A program made the position numbers and the translations under genes. A model generated the notes under the pieces. That model ran no database searches. It had not been told where the DNA came from and saw nothing but the letters and a program-made list of their open reading frames with translations. DNA of 63,485 nt, filler included, from Lenisia limosa (Eukaryota; Protista; Breviatea), in assembly GCA_001655205.1 (NCBI GenBank). It is 13 parts of 13 records of this genome, joined end to end, with 100 filler letters (N's around TTAATTAATTAA, not from the genome) between each part and the next. Parts side by side here need not be neighbours in the genome. Positions count along the whole stretch, not along the records: positions 27,950 to 29,506 come from LPNZ01003571.1; positions 29,607 to 31,200 come from LPNZ01009548.1; positions 31,301 to 32,410 come from LPNZ01002858.1; positions 32,511 to 39,289 come from LPNZ01001201.1; positions 39,390 to 41,572 come from LPNZ01005587.1; 8 more parts are not named here. One strand, given 5' to 3'. How positions within the stretch are numbered: position 1 is the stretch's first letter; every line of letters begins with the position of its first letter. Shown piece by piece: positions 27,850 through 39,930 of this stretch.

Positions 27850-28309
27850 NNNNNNNNNNNNNNNNNNNNNNNNNNNNNNNNNNNNNNNNNNNNTTAATTA
27901 ATTAANNNNNNNNNNNNNNNNNNNNNNNNNNNNNNNNNNNNNNNNNNNNATACTGGCTGCGATAAGTAATGACACGGATACTGAGCTTTTATCTTCAGTC
28001 ATATACATAGAACGTCATTTATATGATACAAACATACATTCATATCGACAAATTTCTCGATAAATCCTCGATCATTCACCGATTTTTTTTTGGACCGGGG
28101 TGAAGCCCTAGTTATTCCACATGATAGAAGCATACATTCATATCGACATCTCTCTGACAGGTTTACCATGTACAACACTGATTGCGATAAGTACTGACAG
28201 GAATATTGAGTTTTATCTTCAGTCACTCGTGTCAGGACTTATCGCGGTCAGTGTATACTCAAGAACTCTTTCATATTTCACCCTTCTAACTCACAGTCAC
28301 TTTAAAACG

Positions 28310-29506
28310 CTCGTTCTTTAAATGGAAAGTGACTGAACACGAGGCTGGTGAAGTGACCACATCGTTTGGTGTTATATTCTTTTTCGAATTGCTCTCAGCA
28401 ACCTCATCTTCTTCTTGCTCATCCTCATCCTCATCCTCATCCTCATCCTCATCATCACCTTCATTCAAACCCTCGTTGTTGCTATTTAATTATTTCCCTC
28501 AACAGTGGCTGCATGTTGACCCTTATGATTCACTTCCGCTTCCGTTTCCGCTTCCGAGACCCGGTTCATTGGAATGGACGAAGAGTCAAAAGGGGGCGAA
28601 CATGACGAGAATGGATCTGCAAGATCGCTGAGGGAGGCGTACTGCTCTTCCTGGCTATTGAGAACTTGACGGGTGTTCTTGGAAGCCTGGTCAGATTTCT
28701 TGACTATATTGTGAGATAATGAGACTATAACTAAATGTGAAATAATGAAAAGTGTGACATTATAGACTAATCATTCGTTTTGGGGTTTTGGGTCATTTTT
28801 ACTCGAGCACTTTGTTGAGCACTCGAGTATAGTGATATGAAACACCCACTTGTGTGAGATAAGTGAGAATGTGAGAATTGAGTGACATGTCTGAACTGTG
28901 TCTGACAAGTGTCTGAAGAGGAACTTCTGTGAGTTATTTGCCTTCAAGCATTCGCCAGAAACCCCAGTAATAAAAGTGATAAGTTAAACGAGTCAAAGGA
29001 AAAACATAAACACCCATTTTGTCAGAAAAATCCCCCCGTTTCTGATATTCACTTTGTTTGTCGTCGGATGTACTTGGAGAAAACATAGCTCTTCTCACTG
29101 GAGAAGAAGTTGTAAAAACTCTAACTCATACCCCTCCCCTTTCTTTTACAACNNNNNNNNNNNNNNNNNNNNNNNNNNNNNNNNNNNNNNNNNNNNNNNN
29201 NNNNNNNNNNNNNNNNNNNNNNNNNNNNNNNNNNNNNNNNNNNNNNNNNNNNNNNNNNNNNNNNNNNNNNNNNNNNNNNNNNNNNNNNNNNNNNNNNNNN
29301 NNNAGTACTTTCATTTAATCCTCTTAACATATTTTTGACGCCTACTAGAGCCCCCAGCCACCCACCCCCAAGTACTCCAGAGTTACACTCTGTACACCAA
29401 TTACCCCAGTATACAAGATACATAACAAATCCTACAAATCTCAAACTACTCGGTTTCGCTGTCAGTCGCGTCGGAATCTAAAACCATGAATGAGGACCCG
29501 GGTGTG
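28310..29506 (-). CDS. Fragment of a hypothetical acidic low-complexity protein
   Basis: Minus-strand exon-like ORF with a (GATGAG)n D/E run: EGDDEDEDEDEDEDEQEEDEVAES...TFHLKNERFKVT. Other exons are unresolved. Confidence 0.45.
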
Positions 29507-29671
29507 NNNNNNNNNNNNNNNNNNNNNNNNNNNNNNNNNNNNNNNNNNNNTTAATTAATTAANNNNNNNNNNNNNNNNNNNNNNNNNNNNNNNNNNNNNN
29601 NNNNNNTATAGAAGGGAAAATGATAAGATGAATTAGGCCCAATTCAAAAACCACTTGACCAACCCCTCTCC

Positions 29672-29788
29672 TAGTGCTTCGTGCAATAAATTTTTTGAAG
29701 AAATTAATTGACAAAATTAGAAATTGGCTACACTACGTCCCAGTTCAAATTTTGAAATTATTTTTTCAATTCATTGCACGGAGCCCTA
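29672..29788. mobile_element. MITE family F (TIR TAGGGCTCCGTGCAAT, same terminal 7 nt as family A)
   Basis: Left TAGTGCTTCGTGCAAT, right ATTGCACGGAGCCCTA. Second copy at ~56391-56520; half copies at ~14405-14430 and ~52020-52040. Confidence 0.7.
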
Positions 29789-31550
29789 CTTAATCCACTC
29801 AGTATTGCCAGTTCTTTTACTACAGTATTAGTATTTCAGTAATTACCGAATTGACTTTGTCTAACACATTAATCTCTTTACCGAACCGAGCCCACTATTT
29901 GCTATTAATCCCTTCAGTGTTTAGAGGTTCTGCTTTTACCAGTAGTTGCCATTGGCAGTGCAGGCTTCCGCGTCTTCTCCGTTAGAGGGAGGGGCATGTC
30001 ATATTTTTGTTGGGATGTGGGGTACTAGGGCTTCACTTTGGTTGGCAGCGTCTGTAGTTAAGCAATAAATAATGGTGAAAGTTCTTTTAAAGAGCCACCC
30101 CATTTTTAAACAACCCCTAAATAGTTATTAATTTGGATTTCACTTTGACAGGATATGATTGCCGCTAAACACTTGAGAAAGAACTAGCAATGGTAATGTA
30201 GTATTATTCTGTTTCAATCGTGGTTCAAGTAGTTGGTTGTTATGGGTGTGTATGAGGGACAAAAGAAGGGGATATAAATATTTGAATGGCTAGTCGCAAC
30301 AACAACGATGATTCAATTGATTGGGCTTTACTTCGGTTCGGGAAAATATCGATAGTTTTCGAGGATTTATCGAAAAATTCCGTCTTTTTTAGAACTGAAG
30401 TGAAGGATGTACAAAACGAAGACGGCATGAGGGTTTCTTTGTAGCTTGACGGTTAATTATCACGAGTGGATGACCGATATCGCGATATTAGTTTTTTGCA
30501 TATCCTTCAGTTTTCATGAGGAACAAGTCGTTGAAAAGACGTTGATCTGGTCATGATCTGGTAAGCGTCCAGTTGTATGTAAAAATATATGGAAGAAACG
30601 AATGCCCAAGCACTATTTTTTTCTCCTCATCCACCATGATTATGACCATGATCCCCCAGAGGCTCCTCGGGCAGGCCATCGACTATCTGAGGTAAGACCT
30701 TGGCGGTTCAGATGGGATTATGATATCAAATCACGTTTATAATTTTCANNNNNNNNNNNNNNNNNNNNNNNNNNNNNNNNNNNNNNNNNNNNNNNNNNNN
30801 NNNNNNNNNNNNNNNNNNNNNNNNNNNNNNNNNNNNNNNNNNNNNNNNNNNNNNNNNNNNNNNNNNNNNNNNGATTATTGAATACATTATTTTTTTGTTC
30901 AAGATAATAGAAATGGCACACTGCCCGTAAAGGGGCAAAAGAGAATACATTGCAAGTAGAAATACAACGGGAGACAACCTCACTCCAAAAACAACAAAAC
31001 AAATAATCGAATCGAGCATCATAGAGAAATGGAATAAAATAGAATTACAATGAGAACAAAAATACAAGGACTTCCCAAAAACGGCAATTCGGTTCCTTAT
31101 TTGGAAGGTGGCGGCACCCTACGCCCGCGTTGAATTCCGCCGCGCGCAGGCGTGCGTGTGGCGCCATTTTGCGCATTTGGTAATCGTTTTAGTCCGGGGC
31201 NNNNNNNNNNNNNNNNNNNNNNNNNNNNNNNNNNNNNNNNNNNNTTAATTAATTAANNNNNNNNNNNNNNNNNNNNNNNNNNNNNNNNNNNNNNNNNNNN
31301 AACAAATTAAGAAGGGAGGGTGAGGGGGGTCAAATTGGAAAATCTATGAAACAAAAAAAGCCCAAATCAACTGTTGGCTGGGGGTGAGGGTGAGGGGGTC
31401 AAATGGATATGATGTGGTGTAGAGGGGGTGGGTCATTGAGTCAATAGTCCATATTGAGTCAATATTGGATCAATATTAGTGGCGTTCTTTTCGATGACAT
31501 CATCTGATTTAACGAAGTGGTCAAGTTCATAATGTCACAGTACCCCCCAC

Positions 31551-32338
31551 CGATAGCGTCGATTTCGTCGATGAATATGATTGAGGGGGCCTTCTTCTTG
31601 GCAAGTTCGAACGCGTCACGTACCATTTTCGCACCATCGCCAATGTAGCGCTGTGTTAATGAAGAAGGTTTATTATATTATTATTGGAGTTCTGAAAAAT
31701 GTTTATTACTATTGTTGTATAAGTAAAACAAACATGAATTTAGCACTGCATTAATGAAAAATGTTTTTTTGATTTTTGTATTAATGAAACAATCAATATA
31801 GCACTGCATTAATGAAACAATCAATGTAGCACTGCATTAATGAAACAATCAATGTAGCACGCACATTAATGAAACAATCAATGTAGCATGCACTGCATTA
31901 ATGAAACACAAAATAAAAACAACACATATAAAAAAACCTACCTATCTGTTGGCTAAATATTTGATGGAAGATTGAGAGTATTGAAACTCTGAGCCTATTA
32001 TATAGTATACCTTGACAAGCTGAGGTCCCGCGAGTTTCAAGAAAGTGGCCTTGGTTTGCGCAGCACATGCGCGCGCCATCAGAGTCTTTCCCGTACCGGG
32101 AGGACCGTAAATCATAATACCTGGATGGATTAGTTTTATGGTAAGACTATTATGTTCCTAGATTGTTTTTAGTTTTCTTGTTTTCAAAAATGAGTATATT
32201 ATCATAACTCAAAAGCCGCCTTGTCTAGCAAAGCCACCCCACCCTTAGGCGGCCTGATGCCGAGGGCCTTGAATCGCTCAGGGTTTGTCATAGGAAGCAC
32301 AACGGCTTCTCTCAGCTCATTAATCTGATCATCCAGTC
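31551..32338 (-). CDS. PSMC3: 26S proteasome AAA-ATPase Rpt5 / subunit 6A (internal fragment)
   Basis: [32 protein letters not shown]|[36 protein letters not shown]|[33 protein letters not shown]. Confidence 0.93.
31780..31910. repeat. ~28-bp minisatellite (GCACTGCATTAATGAAACAATCAATGTA), about 4-5 copies, in an Rpt5 intron
   Basis: Direct tandem copies are visible, with a further partial unit at ~31742. Confidence 0.9.
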
Positions 32339-32821
32339 CTGTCGTGTGAGAGTTTTGCGGGGATTATTTTAGCCCCCTCCCTCCTCCAATTACGCCAATA
32401 CCAAAATTATNNNNNNNNNNNNNNNNNNNNNNNNNNNNNNNNNNNNNNNNNNNNTTAATTAATTAANNNNNNNNNNNNNNNNNNNNNNNNNNNNNNNNNN
32501 NNNNNNNNNNCCTAATTCTCATCTCTACTGTTGCAACCAATATTCTTGGTACATGATTGATGGGGTAAGAAAGCAACATGGGTGTTAGGTATCCAATAAT
32601 GGATGAGGTTGTTTATATAACCCGAAGGATGAGAGTGGATGAAAAACGGTTTCTGTGGTTCCCCTTTTTCATTTTCTGAATTTTTGTACTGTGCCAAACC
32701 ATTTATTACTTTTTTTCACATGTGAATGGTGTAGGGGGAATGGATAGTGCCCCATGGCTATGGTGAGGGAAAGCCTTTCTTGTCAAGGATTAATTACCTC
32801 TTGCATTTGCTAATGAAGTAG

Positions 32822-35172
32822 GGGAAAACCGCACTCATCACTGCTGCTGATAACGGACGCTTGAATGTCGTGAAGTACCTTGTTGAGCAGATGGGTGAAG
32901 ACGTTAACAAAAGAGATGGAAAAAATAGGGTGGGAGGACGGCACCGTCATGATTTAATTATTGAAAGTTGTGATGGGATTTATTTAATGCATCATATCTA
33001 AGGCTTCACTTCGGTTCAAAAAAGACGGATTGAACAGAAGTGAAGCCCTACATGCAGTTATGATAAATTACTCTTATATATCTCTTTCCCCCCCTACACC
33101 CTGGATATATATATCATTTACTACATGTATAATATGGATACTATATACTATACAGTAAATTACATGCATTACAAATAGGGCTTCCCTATGGTCTTAAAAA
33201 AGACTAACTTCTTGATAAATCGTCGATAAATATCGATATTTTGCCAGTCTTTTCCGGACCGAAGCCCTAGTTGCCCTTTCTCAGCATTATTCTGTTTAAA
33301 CTGGTTGACCTTATTAAACAGGGAAGAACACCCCTTATTTATGCCACGTACTATGGCCACTTGGATGTCGTGAAGTACCTCGTTGTGAAGGGTGCTGATA
33401 CCAACAAAGCCGATAGAATTGTGGGAAAGCAATATGTTGGGAAGCTCTTTCAAAAAACAAATTTGATATCTCATGTATTATGTCTGCTTTGTTTTCCCAC
33501 TTAAAACAGTGTAGAATACAATGGTTCCTTTCCATGTGTCTATTCATGATTATTTTTTTCTTATAAGTGTTTTCTTTTCAGTGAATTTTATAACGAACAC
33601 AACGGAGGCTTTATCAATTCAGTCTTTTCTTACTTCCATATCATGTACATACATATGTATATACCCTGCATTATCCGATCTAATTCACAGGGAGAATCTC
33701 CCCTCATCTACACTGCTCGTTGCGGTAATCTGGATATCGTGAAGCACCTTATTGAGAATGGGGCTGACGTCAACGCTGCTGACCATGAGGTGGGTTGGTT
33801 ATAAATTGACAACGGTAGTCTGACCGATTTGTCTCATATCGTTAAAATCTAAAGTGTCTATATTTCATTTATCATTTGAGTTGGAGATAATGTACAGACA
33901 ATGGTTATTGTGTAGTTATCCTATGACAAGATATCTTTCCCTTTTTCAATTTTGGGATTTTGTTTGGTGTCTTTGTTCGATCCTCCATTTACCATTGTTG
34001 AAGAATGAATTAACTTGATTAAATAGGGAAGAAATCCCCTCACCTCTGCCGCTGAAAGAGGCTATTTGGAAGTCATAGAGTACCTACTTGAGATGGGTGC
34101 AGACGTCGATAATGCTGGGGATGAGGTGGGGAAATAAACCCTAGGTCCAACTCATTTGTGACAGATCTCCCACAAAATGGATTTCTGTTTATTTTGTTGC
34201 GGGGGCCTCCTCGGCGGGATGAGGGCTGAGAAAATTTATGAAGAGGGGTTGCGTTATACATGTATAATTATGTATACATATGTACGACGTCGATATCAGC
34301 CCTTTACTCACCGCCATTCAATTCATTGTTTAATCTTAGAATTGGCTGATATTAAACAGGGAACGAATGCACTCATCATTTCCGCTAAGTTTGGCCTCTT
34401 GTCTATCGTTAAGTGCCTTGTTAAGAAGGGTGCAGACGTTAACCATGTTGACTATAAGGTAGGTAAATATCTGCATTATTCAGTTTAGGATATATGAAGG
34501 TTTTATTAAGGAGGTGGTGGGGTATCTAGGTACGGGTCCTTTTTATGCAATTAAAGAACACTTTGATACATTATCTTTCTGCTTTGCACTGATTGACCCT
34601 TCTAGGATAGAACTCCCCTCAGTCATGCAGCTGAACATGGTTTTTTGGATGTTGTGAAGTACTTCGTTGAGAAGGGTGCCAACATTGAAGCTGCTGATGA
34701 TTGGGTAGGTGATATAGTGTCAATAATTATCCTCCCAGAGAAACAAGGTGTAGATGGCCTTGTCAAAATAATACCATTTTAATTTCCATTCTTCGTTTTA
34801 TTGAATTCTGACCTCCATAAACAGGGAAGAACACCTCTTGGTTTGGCCACACTTGGTGGCCACTTGGATGTGGTGAAGTACCTCATTGAGAAGGGATCAG
34901 ACTTACAAACAGCCCTCCAAAATGCTATTCAGAAAGACCATGTATTGATCGTGTTGTATCTCCTTCTAATTGGTGCTAATTTCAACAATTTTGATCAAGT
35001 AATTGGGAGGTTTATTGCAATGCGGAGGATGTGCGTTGGGAAGGGGGACTTCTCTTGTCATGTTAAAATACATTCAGAGAAAAATTCAATGTTTCTTTAA
35101 TCCACATAGTGCTACAAATTGAGCTGCTCAGGACGTATGAAGTCTCTTTTGTTTGACTTCCACCCCAAATAA
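32822..35172 (+). CDS. Ankyrin-repeat array protein B (one repeat per exon); 5' end unresolved
   Basis: Phase-0 exons 32822-32929, 33322-33420, 33691-33789, 34027-34125, 34360-34458 and 34606-34704 (the last five are each 99 nt), then 34825-34998 and a terminal exon CYKLSCSGRMKSLLFDFHPK-TAA. Confidence 0.92.
32999..33050. mobile_element. MITE family A, internally deleted 52-bp copy (TIRs only)
   Basis: TAAGGCTTCACTTCGGTTCAAAAAAGACGGATTGAACAGAAGTGAAGCCCTA. Confidence 0.8.
33176..33269. mobile_element. MITE family A, subfamily A2 (left end TAGGGCTTCCCTA)
   Basis: Same TCGA-rich core; right end GGACCGAAGCCCTA. Confidence 0.8.
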
Positions 35173-35322
35173 CTCTGTCGTGCTCTTGCTGTATTTTGCT
35201 GAGTAATGTGCAATATTTTAAGTGTAATGAGTTTTTGTATTTATATCACTTTGGGTAAGACTCAAATACGACAATTTCCCCCTCGATGATGAAATGATTC
35301 CGTATCACTCGTATGATAGGAT

Positions 35323-35422
35323 TAGGGCTTCACTTCGGTTCGGAAAAAGACTGAATTTCTCGATAAATCCTCGAAAACTATCAATAATTTACCGGTCTTT
35401 TTCTTACCGAAGTGAAGCCCTA
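35323..35422. mobile_element. MITE family A, full copy between the two ankyrin genes
   Basis: TAGGGCTTCACTTCGGT ... ACCGAAGTGAAGCCCTA. Confidence 0.9.
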
Positions 35423-35618
35423 GATTGATCAATGGATATGATTTACAGTATAATAAGATATAATAGTTTGTCCAGGAAGTACCTTTTCTGATTTACAGCC
35501 TACTTACTGACATTCATATTATCAGCAAGGCACTACTTATTGTAGGGCCATGATTGGGAACATCCTTCATTCCCCAACATTGCAAATGTAAGACCAAAAC
35601 CACACATCAAAAACAAAG

Positions 35619-38600
35619 CTAGTAGTCATAGTCCAGCAGAATAGATTTCATAAGTTGCCGTCTGCAGCTTTTGTAGCTCTATGCGTGTCAGGGCGATCAA
35701 TTAGATCTTTTGTAAAATGAAATGTTTTCAAGTAAATGGCAAGTATAATATTATCCCATATACTTCAGTAGGTTGCCGAATGGTTGCTCCAATCGGAAAG
35801 AGGTAAAACACGATTTGTAGATGCTCATACTCAATAGCATAATGGAGAGCCGTTTTTTCCTGTTTGAAGGTTAGAAGAATACGGTTCAATTCAATGCATC
35901 CACTTTGTATTTGGTGAAACTCACGATCTCAAAATGTATGTCAAAATGAAGAAAGATAATTGAGAATTGTATATCATTAGTTGTTTTTGGATAATAATTT
36001 TCAATTCTAAAAACCCACATCATTGTCAAATTTGTCGATATCAGCACCCTTCTCAATGAGGTACTTCACGATGTCCAAACTTCCAATCTTTGCAGAAAGG
36101 CTTAGGGGAGTTCTTCCCTGCTATGATTAAAAAATGAAGATGGGAAACCAAAACTAAGCAACACAAGCTCCTGTTATATTTGTCAAGAGCATGGTTCCAG
36201 TGAATTGTAATTCAAAATATCATAATTGGAAAAAGTTAAATCACGCTGCTCACATACCCAAATATTAGCAGTGTTGACATCTGCATCCTTCTCAACAAGG
36301 TACTCCACGACCTCCAAATGGCCACGTGCAGCAGCGTAGTCGAGGGGAGTTCTTTCCTGTTTCATAATTGTTTCTCTGAACGAGAATCTCCATTTAATAC
36401 AATCTAGGTTACCACAAATACAGGAATACCATACTAAAGGTAATTGGTTTTAAATATGTTCTGACCTACCCAATTATCCGGTTTGTGGATGTCAGCACCC
36501 TTGCCAATAAGGTGCTTCACGATATCCAAGCGGCCTAATGCAGACACAATAATAAGGAGTTGCTGTCGCTGCTAAACGAAGGTATGTAATCAAGATGCTT
36601 CAAAAATGGTGACACAAGTGATATGATCAAATGAACGACTATTGAGTGGTAATGATGAAAGAAGATAAGCGTTTTGTGGAATCTTGTCAGGTAAACTATA
36701 TCACACACAAGTTGAGTTCGTGGAAATACTATATCATTATAGTATTATGTTATTTCAAAAGTATTTGAGAAACAAACAGTTTTTTGATTTAATCACACTC
36801 TCTTCACCCACCTTATTATCAGCTATGTTGATGTCAGCACCCTTTCCAATGAGGTAATCAACAGTATCCAAGTTTCCATGGTTTGCGGCATAGATGAGAG
36901 GACTGTTTCCCTAGAGACACATGAAACATGACAAAAAAATCAATGATAATAGACTTTCCTTAAAATTGCCATTTATCAGAACCCGCCCAATCATTTTCCT
37001 GACAACTTCGTAGGTTCCCCCCCTAAAATAGCCTTTTGATTTCAATAGTATATAACATATGATATGGCATCTCATATTTTAAATGCTTTATTATGAATTC
37101 CAATATCAAAACATGTATACATATGATATATGTTTGAATAATCTATCTACTATCAAACAAAATGGTTTGGTTTTACCCACCTTATTATCAACTTTATCAA
37201 TTTCTGCACCCTTCTCAATAAGGCACTTCACGATGTTCAAATGCCCACGTTGGGCAGCATAGATAAGGGGTGTTTTCCCCTGTTAAATGAACAATGAGGA
37301 AGATTCCCCTAAAACAAGAAGCAAGCATTAAAGTAACAATGTATGAAAATCCAAAGAATGCATTTGAGAATGTTAAACAAGTTGAACCAAGGATTCACCC
37401 ACCTCATTATCAGCTTTATTGACGTCGGCACCTTTATTAATGAGGTACTTTACGAAATCCAAATGACCTCGCTCAGCGAAAGTGTTGAGAGGAGTTATTC
37501 CCTGTTAAATCATAATAAACTGAAGTGATAATAACTACCAAATGCGTGAAGTATTCCACAAATATATGTACTATCTGAGAAAGCAAAGGTCTATTTTATA
37601 AAAATAAAAATAAAAAAAACGTAAAAAGTCAAAAAGTTCTGGTATTTTCCCAACTTCTCGTATCAAAATGTTTAATCTTTCTGTTGTGTACATACCAAAT
37701 TATCGGAAGTGTTGATGTCTGCTCCTTTATCAATGAGGTACTTCATTACATCAAAGTAGTCAAAGATAGCAGCAGTGTTGAGTGACGTTGTTCCCTAATT
37801 GATGAAGGTCGAGTATGGTTTTCTCACCCTTTTATTAGCTGTTTTGACGTCTGCGCCTTTCTCAATTAGGTACTTCACGGCATCCAAGTGACCATAGTAC
37901 GCAGCATAGATGAGGGGTGTTTCTCCCTATGACGTTTAGCTCAGAAGGTGAAAAGTCCTAACTATGCCGAATTCAAGATTTATGAAGGAACAAAGAAAGA
38001 TCACCGTTGTATATAAACTTGGTGAGATTATTAAACCTTGAACATTCATACACAATACCGATGATATAGTATATATTATGTACAAATTCAAAGAATTACC
38101 CAGACTTTGGGAAGTAAAATTGTATTATTGTAGTCATGTGAACCATATGCATACATAGTTTCCATATATCATTATGTATGCACACTTTGATCAGCCTTGA
38201 ACAGTGTTTCCTCTTAGAACATCTTACCATGGTCAGTGTAGGCCGTGAGCATAACGTAACCGTGAACATGATATGACATGCTTACACACCCACCCAAATA
38301 TCCGATTTTTCGATGCCTGCACCTTTGCTTATGAGGAACTTGACAATGTCTAAGTGGGCATTCTTAGCAGCAAAGATGAGGGGAGTTCTTCCCTATTTTG
38401 AGTGAAGGTCTCAGAAAATGATGCAAAAGATATGATCATATACAATTAAGGAGGGGAGGGGACCAAAAATCTACAACAGCACAAGATCCGAATATAAAGA
38501 TTACAGCGAATAAGAGTAAAGTGGTCATTTGGCCATGTGATAATGTATATGTCACAACATGGAAAAATTTATACATACTGTATATGATATACACTGACCG

Positions 38601-38938
38601 GGATAAGTCTTGACCGATTGTCAATACAGCAAATCGGTCAAGACTTATCCCGGTCACTGTATATATGTGAAGAAAATGAATCAAAACATGAAATTACTAC
38701 TCCTGCTACAGACGATAGGGGTGTGACATGAAAAATAGTAAATTATCTTAGATAAAGATAGAGATGGGACACGAATAGGTAATAGGGGGACAGGAGGGAG
38801 GAGGATTTCTTGACTGATCATCCCATTGTCACCACCCCTAACGCATCTATCCTCTTGATGCACAAGTTCTTCGTTGTTCTGAAGGAGTAGCTTTAGTTCT
38901 TCATGATTGCCACGCTGACAGGCCTCGAATATGTTCAT
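35619..38938 (-). CDS. Ankyrin-repeat array protein C (about 10 repeats, one per exon); paralog of protein B
   Basis: MNIFEACQRGNHEELKLLL..., then ~99-nt phase-0 exons such as 38294-38392 GRTPLIFAAKNAHLDIVKFLISKGAGIEKSDIW, followed by GETPLIYAAYYGHL, GTTSLNTAAIFDYF, GITPLNTFAERGHL, GKTPLIYAAQRGHL, GNSPLIYAANHGNL, ERTPLDYAAARGHL and GRTPLSLSAKIGSL. Cap EHLQIVFYLFPIGA; terminal SYKSCRRQLMKSILLDYDY-TAG. Confidence 0.92.
38592..38659. mobile_element. MITE family B (Tc1/mariner-like, TA-flanked hairpin, 28-bp TIRs)
   Basis: TA|CACTGACCGGGATAAGTCTTGACCGATT...AATCGGTCAAGACTTATCCCGGTCACTG|TA (27/28 match). Other copies at ~17035-17100, 40363-40433, 45940-45994 and 55735-55765. Confidence 0.88.
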
Positions 38939-39432
38939 TTTTGGAGTGGCGCTAGAAGTAAGTAAGGTGTTTAGTCATAGGGGAGTAGAAGAGAATTATT
39001 TTTTTTTTCGGTTCCAAAAAACTAAACTGTTAAATGTTACTGTCGTTTACTGTGTGTGTTTTTGCGTAAAGTTAACTGCCAGATCTTTATGAAACAAATT
39101 GCAATAGAGTCTACTTCAAAAATTATGTTACCACAAGAGGGTGATCCTGATTTTTGCTGTTCAAACAAGACTAATCATGGGTACTATGCCGTATACTTAC
39201 GGACTAACAATGAGTCATGATTTTGGCTCTAGGAGGAGGAGGTGTACATACATCAAACAAACATGTATATACATGTATATATATATATANNNNNNNNNNN
39301 NNNNNNNNNNNNNNNNNNNNNNNNNNNNNNNNNTTAATTAATTAANNNNNNNNNNNNNNNNNNNNNNNNNNNNNNNNNNNNNNNNNNNNTCGGTTTTTTT
39401 TTGTTTCATAAATTTCCTTCATTTGACCCTCC

Positions 39433-39581
39433 AGTGTCGGATCTTCCAACCGACCAACCTCGAGTAGACGGTCAGTCCGCAGCCTCTCAAGCACCACGCC
39501 GTCCACTCCGGTGCAAGAGGTGCAGGAGGCCAAGGAGGAAGAGGCGGCTGACGATGGCGGCATTAGAAGGCTACAGGCCCA
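39433..39581 (+). CDS. Probable terminal exon of an unidentified gene
   Basis: After the acceptor CCCTCCAG: VGSSNRPTSSRRSVRSLSSTTPSTPVQEVQEAKEEEAADDGGIRRLQAQ-TAG. Confidence 0.5.
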
Positions 39582-39930
39582 GTAGATATTTGTATTTTTA
39601 GGATTGATGTAAAGTAGTTTCTTCTGATCTGGGTCAGAAATGAATAGCAAGGTTCGGTATGACCCTTTACCCCCGATTTTGCCAAGAGCTCAACACAAAG
39701 CCATTTGAGACAGCTAGCGGATGGCAAAAAAGGTTATTCGTCTGTTTTTTCTATGATGGGCAAAAATAAAAAAAATCGTATACCCCATAATAATTACGCA
39801 GATAATAATTACGCAGAACCTATTCAAATTCAATTTTATGATGCGCGAAAAACAACTCCATTTCAATTTCAATTCCTATATGGGGGGTCAGGCAAAAGCA
39901 AGATAGCATTACTACTTTGAAACATCACAA

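Noticed and set aside
29900-31200. Possible minus-strand exons (DQRLFNDLF; IVDGLPEEPLGDHGHNH)
   Set aside because: Too fragmentary to support a gene call or family assignment.
35323-35330. TAGGG motifs as telomeric repeats
   Set aside because: They are single occurrences forming MITE termini, not tandem arrays.
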